Source of the DNA: Marsupella aquatica
Lineage: Eukaryota; Plantae; Marchantiophyta
Assembly (NCBI GenBank): GCA_973895155.1
Contig: OZ316897.1
Location: 19,595,224-19,659,223, forward strand
Direction of reading: 5' to 3'
DNA: 64,000 nt
Part shown: positions 11,401 through 25,300 of the stretch, piece by piece
How positions within the stretch are numbered: position 1 is the first letter of the stretch
Layout: each line of letters starts with the position of its first letter
Program-made: the position numbers and the translations under genes
Notes under the pieces: model-generated
Databases searched by the model: none
Seen by the model: the letters and a program-made list of their open reading frames with translations, nothing else
What the model was told of the DNA's origin: nothing

Positions 11401-14400
11401 GGCCTGCACATTACCAACACACAAGAAAACCCAAAACAAAGCAAACAACAATATCACGTTTTAAACTATGAGGCGGGCAATGCGTATTTGGAAAATGGCC
11501 TGCACATTACTAGATAAATGGAAAACCCAAAACAAACCAACCCACATCATTGCATCACATCATCCATTTCACAATCAGCAAAAATCCTATTCAATGAAGG
11601 CGTTATAAGGAATGAATATTAATTAGTAAAGTTCTCTGAATTTTTTCCTTTATGTTTGTTATGGATTTTGGAGAGTGCCACTCCTTGCACCTTTTGACAT
11701 TATACTCTCCTCACATCCATGGCTCTCAACCCACCATCCCTCACCAAGACTTCACCGGGATTTCTGCAGATAATAAAATTGAAACCTAGTTTTGATGGGA
11801 TAGCTTCCAGTCGAGGGCCAGCCATAAGTAACCTGTGGACTTTGTCTTGGAACCAAGACTTGTACCACAAACACAAGAATTGCCAAGTCACCACCAATTC
11901 TAATGTGATTCTTATCCAACTCAGCATCCTAACTTTGAGAGCTCTCATTCGTCAAGCTTCCACATAATTGTACAAGCTCTCTACAATGCCCTTAACAATT
12001 ATTAACCACCTGCCAGTGGCATTTCGTGTCCATAATCCCTTGCCAAAATGAACTATTGTTTCCTCAAGGAAGGTTAACACTCAAGTGGAAGCCAACTCAT
12101 GATGTGCCTCACATTAGGCCGTGGATTAGATAATTCAGCTTAAATCACCACTGTCCATATAAGAAGAGAAGTGTCCAATAGTTCACTTTTTCACATAGCT
12201 TAAATCATATCCATATAAAAAGAGAAGTGTCCAATAGTTCATTTTTCACATTTTTCTTCTCAAGCGTGAGACTTTGCTCCACAATTTTTAAAAAAAGTCT
12301 AAAAATGGTGAAAAGTGGTGTATCCAGGTTTTGTCATGGACACTGGCGCTTTAAAAAGAAAACGGTGCCTCAAAAGAAACAAGCAAATCAATGGACTTGT
12401 TTCTTCAAACATAGTAAACTCTTAGGATCTGGCTTGCAGACAGGTTATTTCGTGCATTTTTGTTGATAAAATCGCGTCAGTAGTACCTGTGCCCAGATGC
12501 ATTTCTTCAATCGTCGCTTCCCTTGAATTGTCAACCTGAGACCTGGCCTCAGCCCATCCATTCGATCCACTGCACTCTCAGGGGAAGAGCTCAAATTGCA
12601 CTCAAATCGCAATTGCAAGCTCCTACTTGCTAGCCCTTATGGAGCAAACCTGATACATCTTTACATTATAATTCACTTTAGCTCGGAGAAGCAATGGATT
12701 TTGTGCTACCTGTTCCATTTCTTTCAGTCTGGAAGGGAAATTAATGCCCGACGCTCTTCTAACCATGACATCTCATCAAAATATGGAATTAAGTAGGAGT
12801 TCGAAAAGCTTTAGGCATCGATCATACAGTACTCTACCACACTCTTTTCTGAGATCCAAAATTGACGGATGGTGAAGGAAGACACTACAACAAATCTTCA
12901 AATTCGTCAAATTCCCGAATCATGGTGAAGTTTAGGGTGAAAGAACGGTTAATTTGCAATATCCCAATGTTTTGTTTTAGATAGGTCGGCGAATACTGAA
13001 TTAGAATGTGAATTAGAAGGTATCAGAATCACGTACGCTCATCTGGCGTTATTTGGTTTTCGTAGTGCACATGGCTGGTGAGCGCCACCCCGCCACGACC
13101 ACGCTCCCTCCTCATATCGTTGGGCGTGCACAACTCACAACCCTCGGCTCGGTGATGGCTACTCAGATGATCTTCCAACTCGTCACTACTTTCGTACTCC
13201 TCTTCTCGTCTCCTTGGCACTTGCCGCCTTTTGGCCCTTGCAGGCTTTGCCCCCCATTCAGTCATTCAATCAATTGTTCCCTCTTCACTCCCGAAACAAA
13301 AATCTGTGTAGGTGTGTCACAATGATATGCGTCTCACTTACTGAATGCAAATCCCCTTTCGGCGCGCTCCATCATGCATCTTCGTTGAAACAAGAAGAGA
13401 ATGGACATAAGATTTCCCTTCTTAAAGCTCTAGAGGATGTTAATGAATGTAGAAAACAATCTTTTCTTCCTAGCTTTCTTCGAGCCACCGGGCTTGTTAA
13501 CGAACATTCAACAAAAATTCATGATCCATACCAAGCGCGAATGCCAATTATTCATGCATATGCAACAGGGTTTTGCTAAACCAATGCCTAGAGCACATAC
13601 ATTGGACAAAACATGCCACAAACTAAAATATTGGTTATTTCTGACGGCAATACATGTTTTAGATCTTCCCAGATGACGCAGATTGATTTGTGCTATCCCT
13701 AGGACCTGGACCTTTCAACTTCGTGGTCTAGGCATCCAGGTCTCCGTAATTCTAGGGTTGGATTCGTCTGAGACGTGGCCGGCTACTCAAAATTTTGCTA
13801 GGTGTGATTGAGATTCTATGTAGGGCTGGAATCAAGATCACTCCGATGCCCTCTCTATTATGAATGCCCTGACAGCAGAGTCCCCTCGCTGCTGGGTTTA
13901 GGGAAAAGCTTCAGGGTTGATGTACCTCTGGAGGTAATTTCATCTGCAGGAAAACCCTAGAAGAATAGGATTCCTGAAGTATGCGTGTTGCACGGGACAC
14001 ATTTACATACTGTAACGTGCCTGAAGAATTTAGATCCATGCAGGACTCATCTCAACGTCTTCGGAAGATAAACGGCTTGGAACTGAAATTCCAAATTTTT
14101 GAACACACTTCGGGATAGCTGACTTCAATGTCAATGATAAGTTGGATTTTTCTAGTTTAGTTGACAATAGGACTCGTGCCATTTAAAAGTCCAAGTAAAG
14201 CAACTACGAATCTGGAACAGTTGTTTTTTGACAGGTCGCGTCGGAGGTTTTGTCTAGCTGGTGAAATTTGCATTAAGTGCTCTATGAAGACAGCTTCTCC
14301 ATCCTACAGAAAAATGGAGAATGAAGTTGGCTACTGTCTCTCCGAAGATCCAAATTGATTGTAGCTCTTTGTCTTGATAAGAAACTGTCTGATACATGTC

Positions 14401-16064
14401 TCCTTCCGCTCACAAAAGAGTTCTAATCCAGTTATGAGCAGATATATTAACGAGTTTGCGAGCCTGTTAGATTCAAATTTCTTTACAATAGACAGTCTGC
14501 ACTTTTGCATACAAGATCTGCCAATTGCGTTAAGAAGGAGAGCACTACATTCCCGGACCCCTTTCAAACATTTTAAACCCCTGATCTTCTAGAGGGAAAT
14601 CACTCCAGGGAGAGAACAAACCCACAAATCGTACTCGATGGAACGGATATAGATGATGCGGTGCTTGGTTTGGACTTAAGAATAAATCCTGGATTCTAAG
14701 AAACCCAACATCTCATACGACCGCGATGATAGCATGAACTTATATTGCACGGTCTAGTCTTTCCAGGGCTAACCTGGGCATAGTAGCTGCTTCATTCGCG
14801 GGCAAGAAGATGCAGATTGAATGATGGATGCTCTATGACTTTTTTAAATCACAATCATAAGCTTCAGCAAGTTCACCAAAGATTAGCGAATTTTCCGTTG
14901 CTCGAAAGGGAAAACTCACTCCCCCTTTCCATCGAAACCCTTCGTCAGGCATCCGTGATTAGTGAGAAGCAGAGGAAAATCAGACAATTGAACTGTCAGG
15001 CCTCTATGTTGAATGAAAAACAAAGGAATTCAGACAGTTCAAATGACTACCCACATTAAAGAGACTCTCGAGATCTGGAGAGCCTCTTTCAGATCACGAT
15101 TTCGTTCAAAATAAATGCTTCCCCGTCACAAAGCCCGTTCTGCTCGTGAGGGATGGCTAAGTGAGATCACCGAAACACATGTAAGCGACATCAGTAAGCT
15201 ACACTAGAGATCTTCTGAATCTAGGATTGACGCACTCCTGAAATGAAAGAACCCACTCAGAGGAATTCTACCGCCTGCACTCCCTGTCACCCGCGAATCA
15301 TTTTCTTCAGCAGCGTCGAATCCATCGTGGGCCCTGTCTTGAAGTTTGTTCCACTGTCGAATTCCAAGAATGCTTGATTCTCGCAAGGTTACCTATCTGT
15401 ACTGGGTTACAAACGCACCACCTAAATATTGGTAACCATACAAGTCTCATAGCAGCTTTTCATTTGCCCAATTTGCCATCCTCTATCATGAGAATATGGG
15501 TGTCAATGAGAAGGGGCCGGGGGGGCGGGGGGGGGGGAGTGTTGCCATCAAGTATAAAGTACTAAAGTATCACTTGCCCAACCTAAGTGCCAAACGTGGA
15601 TCCCAAAATCATCAAAAAAGAAGGAGAAACAAGGAAAAGCGCAAGAAGACCACCAGCCAGAGTTCCCCACCAAAGCAGAGGAAAGCACTTTTGAGCAGTA
15701 AATTGAAAAGCTTGGTAAAAGCTCTGGATCAACCATTTTTGTTGTTGCCTGAGGCCCAATAGCCTCAAACCATACAGATATGTAGAGCCTTACACTTTGT
15801 GTGTGTCACCTTCGTTTCTCACAAGAGGCTACAGGATGACAATGAGGTGAAAGCAATGGAAATAAGGCCTAATTATATTCATCCTAGCTCAAATCCAAGT
15901 CTTCGTCACGAATTGTCAAGTGAGCATTTGATTTTGTTTTTTTAATAGGCATAACAATCTTCATCCCAGCTCAGATGTACATCTTCATCAAGAATAGTCA
16001 GGTGGGCATTTAATTATCATTTTTTAGCCCACAAGGTTGTATTGAAACCACCACTGTCCCAGAA

Positions 16065-16325
16065 GTTATAGGAGGGCTAATTAGTCACTTTTCATCTATT
16101 TTTTTCAAAATTTGTTGACTAATTATGGTGACTTGGATCCACCAGGTTTTGAAAATGGATAAAGGCAGTCTTTACTAAGTGATAATGCAAACTGGGAGGA
16201 CTAAATAGTCACTTTTCATCCACGATTAAAAAAATTACAATTCTGTTAACTAATTATGGTGACTTGGATCCAAACCAGGTTTTGAAAATGGACAATGGTG
16301 GACTTCACTAAGTGATAATGCAACC
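16065..16325. repeat. ~124-bp tandem duplication of MULE-TIR-like sequence
   Basis: ggagg(g/a)ctaa(t/a)tagtcacttttcatc...taattatggtgacttggatcca..ccaggttttgaaaatgga...actaagtgataatgcaa occurs twice. Confidence 0.7.
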
Positions 16326-19245
16326 ACTATGGCAAAGTTGAATGGCAAGAGCCAATGGACCCAATGTGATAATACACCCTGATTTTCACTTTCTGTGCCC
16401 AATAAATAACACACCATTCAGGTAGCATTGGATGAGTGGACCCAATCGGCAAGAATAAACAAATATAGCATGAACATTTGTTTATAATCATTTGTACAGG
16501 GGGCTAGTTTGGAATCATTTGGATGTGCTACACGTGGTATAGAGACCAATTGGGAGGCTAATCAGTGGAGCACGGTGGACCACATTTAAAGACTATATGT
16601 ATATCTACCTCTACCCTCGTTACCTACATATGCATCATTTAACCTGATCATTATTTTTCCTCTCTTTTGTCTTGATGCATCCTTGCAGTGTTCTTCACAT
16701 CTAGATCCTGCCTAATCCGAGGGAGATGTTGTCAGTTCGAGAGAGCTATATGTAGGTACTGGATTAATTGCTCATTTCGTCCAATAATGGGGTATAGGGT
16801 CATGAGATTGTGGATGCCCCATGGGCCAACTCATATGCAGAGACTTGCACTCCGTTCTGGGAAGGGCCAAGCCCCTAAACGATGTTAAATTACATCAGGC
16901 AGGAAAGGACGGCCACTTCAGGGTTGTGGAGCGTCAAGGTTGGGAAAAGAGATGGACAGCTTGGATCCAAAGGTATTAGGCAGCCAATCCCACTGAGAGG
17001 TCAACTATCAAGCAGAGGCTGCCACATATATGGCGTTTACTGTTTACCTATTTATCTGTTGTTATGCTCTCTTGGTGATGTTATGATTTGTAGTTTACCT
17101 ATATATCCGTTGTTATGCTCTCTTGGTGATGTTATGATTTGTAGATTCGTGGACGGTTCATTTTGCTGTACTCGTCGTATGTGTTGCAATGTGCTCTTGA
17201 CTTCTCGTGTAGTTGCATTGTGTCTCACATTGTGTTCTTAGTTGTTAGTGGCTCACCATTGGTCTATTGTCAATTTTGCTGCTCGCATTGAATGCTCTTG
17301 CCTTCAACTATGGATGCGCAACTGGAGGTTGGTGAGCCAAAGGCATTGCTAGGCTGGTTAACACTTTTGCTTACTAATTTTTTGTGCATTAGGGCGTCTC
17401 AAACTTGGGATTTTTTGACTTAGCACCAGGCATTAACCCTCTAGTTAACAACTTTCCCGTAACTCATATGGTATGCCTATTTCGCGTACCTTAACTTTTG
17501 GAGCAGGAATGACCATTTCCCATTTCCATTAGCAAGTTCCATGACGAACGGGCCACATTCAGTTCAAACGCCCAAGTGACAATTCACTGACCACTCATGT
17601 TTGCAGAGAGTCGACAATCATTCGACCACTCGACATTTGCTTCAACAGAGTCTTCGATCAAGGGACATTGCGACAGCCACTTGCCCAACGGCAACCCCAC
17701 TTTTGACTGGGCCGCACAAAGACGCTTGTTGCTACAGTCACGGGGAGTCGCTGGCCCGCATTGGTAACCTGTGCAGGGCTGCCAAAGAGTGGAGTCAAAA
17801 TCCTGAGGGGGATCAGCAAAGGGTGGAACAGAGTCGAGACAAGTTGTTGTTCAGGTTCGTGATTGCGCATCCAGGCTTTGCCCAGATATCTCCCAATTCT
17901 CTATTTATTGTCAGGCTCGGGCCAAGAATTCGTGTTGTGCTTTTCATCTGTAGGGAAGGCGATCATCGTGTCATTCCTGTTTCTTACAATCGATGGTTCT
18001 GTACACATCATTAACTGAAGATGAAGAGTGTACTAGAATGAAGGGACAGATGGTTGTTCAATCCCCAACATTGGTCTATGTTGCAAACTTTGTTGCTACT
18101 TGTCCTTATCCTTGAAAGTTTGTATACCTGTCCTGTTAGGCTAAGCTGCCAATGGGAAGGATATGTGCGAGGTCAATAGAGTTCGGGCAAAATTGTGACC
18201 ATCGTTGCCTCGAAGGTATCGATTTCATTTTGAATTGGTTTTCATTGATGCTGTTCATGGAGGAGTTCCACCTCTACGTGCAAACCTATGGGATGTAGCA
18301 AAGACCTTCCTGGATTGTAGTGTCGTTGAATTTGTGAGTTGCTCTGCAGAATCTGAGCAGATTTAGTATGTTCATGCTTTGACCCAAGGAATACCCATGG
18401 CTATGGTCCAATTCAAAGTTCGGGACTATGAAATCAGTGTGAAGAACATTTCCTTTGTGGATCCAAAACCAAATGTACCAAAGCCAGTGTCCCTAAGACA
18501 TTGTCCAAAATCCAAAAGTAGGTTACCATCAACTTCTCTTTCCTCATGTTCGACTGCTGAACAACAGACATCTGAAGTCCCACCAGAGAACCCAAACTTG
18601 AATGGGGACATACTGCTAGGACTGATTCAAAGGCTACATGATGAATTCAACCTTGGACAGAGGCTACATGATGAATTCAACCTTGGACAGAGGCTTTATT
18701 TAGGTTTTCACTGTTGTCCACATAGTTAGGTTGAGGATAGGGCAGGAGCCAGCAGGTCAGCTGCACCGGATGGGGGTACACAACATCATCAGTTATTAGT
18801 GGCTGATAATTGATATCAACCGCTGATATCAGTTATATCAAAATTTCAGAATCTCAGTTGAGGAGTTGAGATGGGGCCTTTGAACCTTCGACGCATCTCA
18901 GCTGGGTAGCTGAGGTTGACTCAATCTCGGCTGACCTTGCCGAGATGGGCGTACAGACAACAAAAAAAACCAACAAAAAAAAAACTAAAATTTGAAATCA
19001 AATTTTTTTCTCCCATCTCGGCTGGCCCTCATTGAGATGGGTGTACGGACCGGAAAAAAACTAACAGAAAAAAACCAAAAATTATCCAAAAAAATGGGGA
19101 CAGGCCCTTGTACTTAGCAAAATATTGTGTAGAGTGATACCCATTTGACTAATGTGACCAGATTTAAGTCCAATTTCATGTGGCCAATTTTTACGTCCTT
19201 TTGCATGCTGTCCGTCCTACCCATACACTGTGTCAAAACAACGCA

Positions 19246-20384
19246 TCTCAACTCTATAATACGCAATCCCACCCATTTGTGGGCATAGTCCACTTACAAA
19301 AGCAGATTTGGGCAGGATTTCATCTCAGCCGTTGGATCAAAAAAACATTGTTTCCTTACCTTTGGATCACCCAAAAGTGACCTTTGTTTAATCCCACAAG
19401 GCTTGTGGCCTAGATCATTGTGCTCTGTGGCAGCCCATGCCCAGGCTACCCTTCCTTGCCTCCCGTGCTTGTGCCTAGCCTGGTCCACAATCCCTACAAT
19501 CATGCATGTAGGCTGCCTGTGCCTAAAGTAGCCTAGCTCACAATGCCTTCACGCTTCCCCTATTTTTTGTCGGTTTGTTTTTATTTTCCTCTTCTAATTC
19601 TTTTAAAAGAAGACGTGGCCAAACTCCCACCAACAGTAGCCCAAACTTCATTTTCGTTTTTAGGTGGTGAGGCCCTTTTGTTTTCTTAGGGGTAGGTTTT
19701 ATTTTAATGGCCTGAAATTGATTACATCCTATAAAGGTAGGGTGTTAGGGTTGGTTATTGTCTGTTCACCTTGGCCCTTCTGTCTTCCGGTTATTTTGGA
19801 TGGTGGGGGGTGTTGTATATATTTTCTTTCAATTGAGGGTGGGGCAAATTTTATCTGGGCGGCGAGGGTTATTTTGGATGGCGGGGCAGGAGGGCAGGGC
19901 TTGCAAGGACGGAGCATTGCGGGACTCATTGGTCTGATCCAACAATCGGGCAAAAGTCTTGCACTCACCCTCATTTTTTGCAGCAACTCCTTTGCCGAAG
20001 GACCTCTTTCATACAACAACATGAAGGCATTGTGAGCGAGGCTACCCTAGGCATAGGCACGGGAGGCAAGGAAGGGTAGCCTCCTCTTTTTTCTCATCGA
20101 GATGATTTCTCACCTTGATATGTTTCTCTCCTATCAACATCTCTTCTGACCTTGATATCTTATCTTTTTATCATCTTGCCATCGTTTTCTCACTTTAATA
20201 TGAGTATCTCACCATGACCTATTTTCCTCACCCTCCTAGACATCTGTTTTTCACATAGCCATCCATCTTCTCCACGAATTTTTTTTTCTCACCTCAATAT
20301 CTTTTTTTCACCTTGACATTTTTGTTTTCTCACCTCCACATCTTTTTTCATCATTTTTTGTGTAATGCACAGACATTAGGCTAG
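19246..20384 (+). mobile_element. Probable non-autonomous Helitron; 3' end better supported than 5' end
   Basis: The 3' end TTGTGTAATGCACAGACATTAGG-CTAG|T resembles a decayed CCGTGCAATGCACGG hairpin followed by CTAG before a host T. A candidate 5' end A|TCTCAACTCTATAAT lies at 19245/19246, with an alternative A|TC at 16603/16604. Confidence 0.45.
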
Positions 20385-22048
20385 TAACTCTTATATGGCC
20401 AAGATCATAAAATTATTTTATGACCCAAACAGGTCATATGGCCAAGGCCATAAAGCTGTTTTGTGACTGAAGTCCTTCCTGGTTCCCTTAATACAATCTC
20501 CATAAGAATCTTATGAGTGAAAAGTTTTGGCCCATTATAGGACTTAGCTTGAGGGGATCGTTTGACAAGCCCTGTTGACTAAATGTGACCAAATTTAATG
20601 TCGCCTAACTTTAAGTCCTGTTGCATGCGGACTGAAGTCGCTGCTGACCCGTGCATCCCGGAGCTACAGCGGAGAGTATCACGAGGCAGCATAAATAAGC
20701 GGCAGCGCATGGATACTGTCAATACACCGATTTCTTTATGAAAAGCAGTCTTGCTCAAAAACCCTGACGGACCAACCTTTGAATGCCGGAAAAGGATTAG
20801 GAAAAGGATTAGAAAACAACCACTCGACCTCAACGAGAGCCTCACCGAGCGTCACTCTGCTCTCATGTAAACCGAATCTATTATTATTCCGTGCCCGTCT
20901 GCCCCTTCATTCCAATAATGCGATCCGTAGCAACAACAGACCACACTCAGAGCGTATTGCTACAGGAATTACCTTCAATTATTGCACATTTTGCTCTGGT
21001 TTCGGATCTTCTGGAACGGTGTGGCAGATCAGAACCAAAAAAGGTGAAGCAATTTCGTGAGCAGCTGAAAGAAAAGTCCATTCTCTGAGTCTGTCGGCAG
21101 CCTCCTCTGTCTAATCACTCGAATCCCCCGCCCCTCACACAACAAATTGCAAACATTCATCTTCGTATGAGCTACCATTGTGGCGTCACCGGAGTCAACC
21201 ATCGGACAACCCGCATTACAGAACAGTATACTTATGACAGAATGAATGAAAGTAGGGAGTGCAGGCTGTCGTAGAGTCTGCAGAAGAAGAGCAGCGCCTA
21301 CTTCTGCGGTGCGGTAGTGTTTAGAGAATGCGAAGAAGACATTAGCTCGTCGGTAAGGGCACGCTCTTCAAACCGTTTTTATATGTGCCACATGTCCTTC
21401 ACGTTGAGCCACAGGACTCTACAGCTGGTACAACTTGGCGGTGCAGTAGTAGATGTCTACCATAGCAGCTGCCTCAGTCTACAACTTGCTGATGTCGTAG
21501 TAGATGTCTACCATCGCAGCTGCCTCGGTGGGCTGTAGCTGTGGTTTGCACGGTACGTACAGTAAGTTCTTCTTGGTTCGGAGCGCTAGACGGGGCGAGG
21601 GGGGAGGAGGGCAGAGGAGGGGCTGGTCTAGGTAGGGGGCGCAATGGTGGACGTTTCAATAATTGCCGGGATTGCCTAACGTTACAGAGTTACTGATTTG
21701 TTGGGCTCTAAGCCGCATCCAGGATTGGGGTCTGGCTGTGCGAAGGCAGATCGCAGAATGATACTTCTGCAGTATAGAATGGGTAGTGGAGCTCGCGGAT
21801 CGAGGAAGGACCACGCATTTCTGTTGTACTTGTGACAGTTTCGCTGCAGGAGTCTGCCTACCTGCCTGCCAGTGGAGACTTGGGATAAGCATTGATGCAT
21901 TCCGCAGCGAGCTGCAATATGAGAACACGGGTTCAAGAGGTAAGTGAGCGACAGGGTTTGCGATTGCGCACGCGGTGGTAGGGAGCGGGAAAATAGTGAG
22001 AATAGTCAGACCGAGGGCTGGAATCGAGGTGCTGGAAGAGGGGAGGAA

Positions 22049-22050
<2 letters not shown>

Positions 22051-22092
<42 letters not shown>
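22051..22092 (+). repeat. (GA)n microsatellite upstream of the kinase
   Basis: About 21 consecutive AG units. Confidence 0.95.
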
Positions 22093-22096
<4 letters not shown>

Positions 22097-22315
22097 GACA
22101 GGAAATGGTCGGCAGTTCGTCTACACGAGCAAGGGTTCTGAAGGGTGCTACTTTGAATTTCTTGCCTGCGGATGTCTACAGGACGGGATGTCTGGTAGAA
22201 TGAAGCCATCTTCGCTTTCAGGTATGAAGATTTTGAAGATGAGAAGGACGAGTCCTTAGGGAGGAAGCTCTCTGCCCCAGTACCTTTCTTGGCAGTCGTG
22301 CTCAACAGGGCATGA

Positions 22316-25300
22316 ATGGCGCGCCTTTTTTTCTGCTGCTGTTGGTCAGGTACATGCTGGACAGTTTTCTTTCATCCTTTCACCTCCACGGGTGAAAGTT
22401 CTACCATAACAGGGCCAGGCGTCGTTCAATTACCCACGGGAATCCTCTTTTTAAGTTGGTGACATACCATCTGCAATCTTGGCTAAAATAAAGAATCATG
22501 TGATGTTGGGCAAATTCTAGAAGTAGGTGGAGGACCCTCGATGCCATAACGCATCGTCGAAGTCATGCTCAGAAGTGTTGTCATTAAATGATGCGTATCG
22601 AAACAGCTGGGTGATAAGATCCTATCTAGCAGTGCTCCAGCGTATGTTTTCTGTGGAGCACTGTTCTAAGCTGCGACTTAGAAGGTGAAATGCGTGCTTC
22701 AGTATAGGTCGAAAGGCTTACATTTGAGGGCTGCATTCTGGAATATCGTTTAAGGATTATATGGGCATGAGGCTCTCAATATTCTCCGCAACCTACCTTC
22801 CGAGTGCTAATCCCGGAAGATGACCAAGCGCGAGTTTGTTAAATGGTCTTGCATCCATTTCCCCAGCCAGGCCGTAACTTACAAGTAATGCTTGGGCTTG
22901 ATAGAGGTCTTGCTCAGAAAATAACAGTTGCTGTTAAACATGCTTGCACAGAAATCCCATTTCGAATTCCAGGTCATTCTACGTGGGATCTCTGAGTAAG
23001 AATGTCAACACCAATTGTAGGTTTTTGCTGAGCACAACCCGAGTCTTTCGTCAAGCTTGGTTGGATTTATTATGTCGTACACGTAGTGGACTGCGTAACC
23101 TAAGTTTAACAAAAGGCTGGCATCGAGGGCCATTAATGTTGCTCGTCCGTGACTTCCTGGTATTGTTGGGAAGATTATTGATCTACTCTAGGCCTTTGTA
23201 CTCTTTGAACATCTTCGTTAATTCTCAGATGTGCGAGCTGATGTCTGACCAGTTAGTGGAGCTTGCCTTATTGTTATGCTGCAATTTAATCGCAGCATAT
23301 GGACCTTGATTGACGAGCCGTAGTGACTGAGGCTGTCGCATGATAAAGTTGTGGTGGTAGTTTCTAACGTTCTTTTGGTGTGATTTTCTGGCAGATGCGT
23401 CAAGTCCTGGCAGAAGAAACTGCTCAACTATGCTGTGCAATGCACCGAAAACTTACACCTTGGATGAACTGCGAAGGGCCACAAAAAACTTCTCCTCTGC
23501 AAATGTGATTGGGAAGGGACTCTTCGGAACTGTCTACAAAGGAAAGCTGCGAAATGAGCTTGGAGTCCCATCCATGGTCGCTATCAAGAGATATAATACA
23601 GATTTCACCAAGGAGTTTCAAGTAGAGCTAAATGCTTTATCAAGGCTCAATCATCGCAACGTTGTAAGGTGTCTCGGCTCATGCGTACTGAAGAATGAAA
23701 AGTTGATAGTTCTGGAGTATGTACATAATGGAAGCCTGTCCAACTGCATACACTGTACGTACCTGCACGGCAAAATGCTGTTTGTTGCTCTTTTGATGTG
23801 TCATCAACCGGATCGGTGGTTTTAAAAAATGGGATTAGTAACTGGAAGGCCAGCTTGAATCTGAACAGAAAGGAGGACCCTCAGATATCGGACAGCTTGG
23901 TTCTGTGCAAAGCTTTTTCCAAACATAAGATAAGCTTACAGGATATTTGATTCGAAATTGTATTCTAAATCTGTGTCAGTGACTATCTATTGTCTGCCCC
24001 CGTCTCTTTACTACTGCTCCAGAGGGCGGTGATGAATGCCATCCTTAGTGGATTTAAAAGAAGTTCGGGGGTTGGGTTTCCCATGTTATCGTTAACTTAG
24101 TAGTTTAACTTTCTATCCCGATTTCCCAAGACAGCTTGGAGTTCTGTCCTTGATGAAGGACTTTGCCATCTTGATGCAGATCATAAGCCGTTGCTGACGT
24201 GGACTGAAAAGTTGACGGTAGCTTTGGGCATTGCTGAGGGCCTCAAGTACCTTCGGGCGGCAAACATCATTCACAGGGACCCCACTTCTACCAACATCCT
24301 TATCGACAAGTCACTTGTGCCCAAAATTGCTGATTTCTCCGTGTCTGTCAAGGCTTTTAGAGTGAAAGAAGAGGAGGGGAACAATATCCCTTTCGCAGGC
24401 ACGAAAGGGTATTCGGACCCAGAGTATCGTTCACAGGGGATTGTTTCATCAACATTGGATGTTTATGTATTTGGAGTGGTTCTTATGGAACTGATCACAG
24501 GCAAGCCACCTGTTGGGCCAAATGATACGCTTCTTGTTACAGAAGTAAGTTCACTCTGACATGCATATTGGGCAGTGGCTCTATTGGCAAGTGGATACTG
24601 TTCTAGTGACATGTGCACATAGGCTGGCATGATTTGCTGGCCCTAAGTGTCAAGCTCTTCAGGAAATTATTTTAGCAATACGTGCTACTAATAGAGAGTG
24701 TTAGTTTGCGATGCACTCCGGACTTGGCTGGTTGATATTTTCAGAAACGTTATTGGATAATTGGGAATTGCTGTAAATAGTATCAACCATGCGCATTACT
24801 TATCTGGCTGTGTGTTGGCTTTGATAGATGCGTCAGAAGCAGTACGATGTAAGCACCTTCTTTGATATGGCTGACTTGGCTGCTGTTCGTTCACCTCCAT
24901 ATTCCTCCTCAATAAAGGTACATGATGTAATTTGAAAATGGACGATCCTCTGTTCAAGTCGAACTCACCTTTACCTTTGCTACATTCTATCTTCAAGTAT
25001 GTATGGTAAGCACGAACCGAAAGGAGATATATAGCTGTAAGTCATTGTATTTCCTCACCATGCACAAGAAAGGGTATTCAGCCCCACAGGCAAGTCGGGT
25101 TGAAGGTATGGAAAATTCTAACTGCTAACATAAACTGGTCATATCCTCCATCAAATAAGGGCTTTTCTGCAGGATGCCGGAAGAAGTAATAGCAGCACTG
25201 TGACACTGTTTTGACAAGATTTGTCAAACTAATTGACAGCAGAATGTCACTAACTTATTTGCCGTCAAGGAGCTTTCCTGGGTGAATGGAATTTCCATGT

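Noticed and set aside
11700-13265. Short minus-strand ORFs (GGLRAMDV; MTEWGAKPARAKRR...)
   Set aside because: Only a weak LINE-like echo; no consistent exon chain or family could be built.
16688-19100. hAT-like hints (LWMPHGPTHMQRLALR; GCCGAGAT/GATATC repeats at 18810-19040) and LINE-like peptides near 17.7 kb
   Set aside because: Probably TE debris, but the motifs are too short and there are no termini or TSDs to support a call.
21944-22305. ORFs with ERERER / SLSLSL tracts
   Set aside because: Translations of the (GA)n microsatellite.
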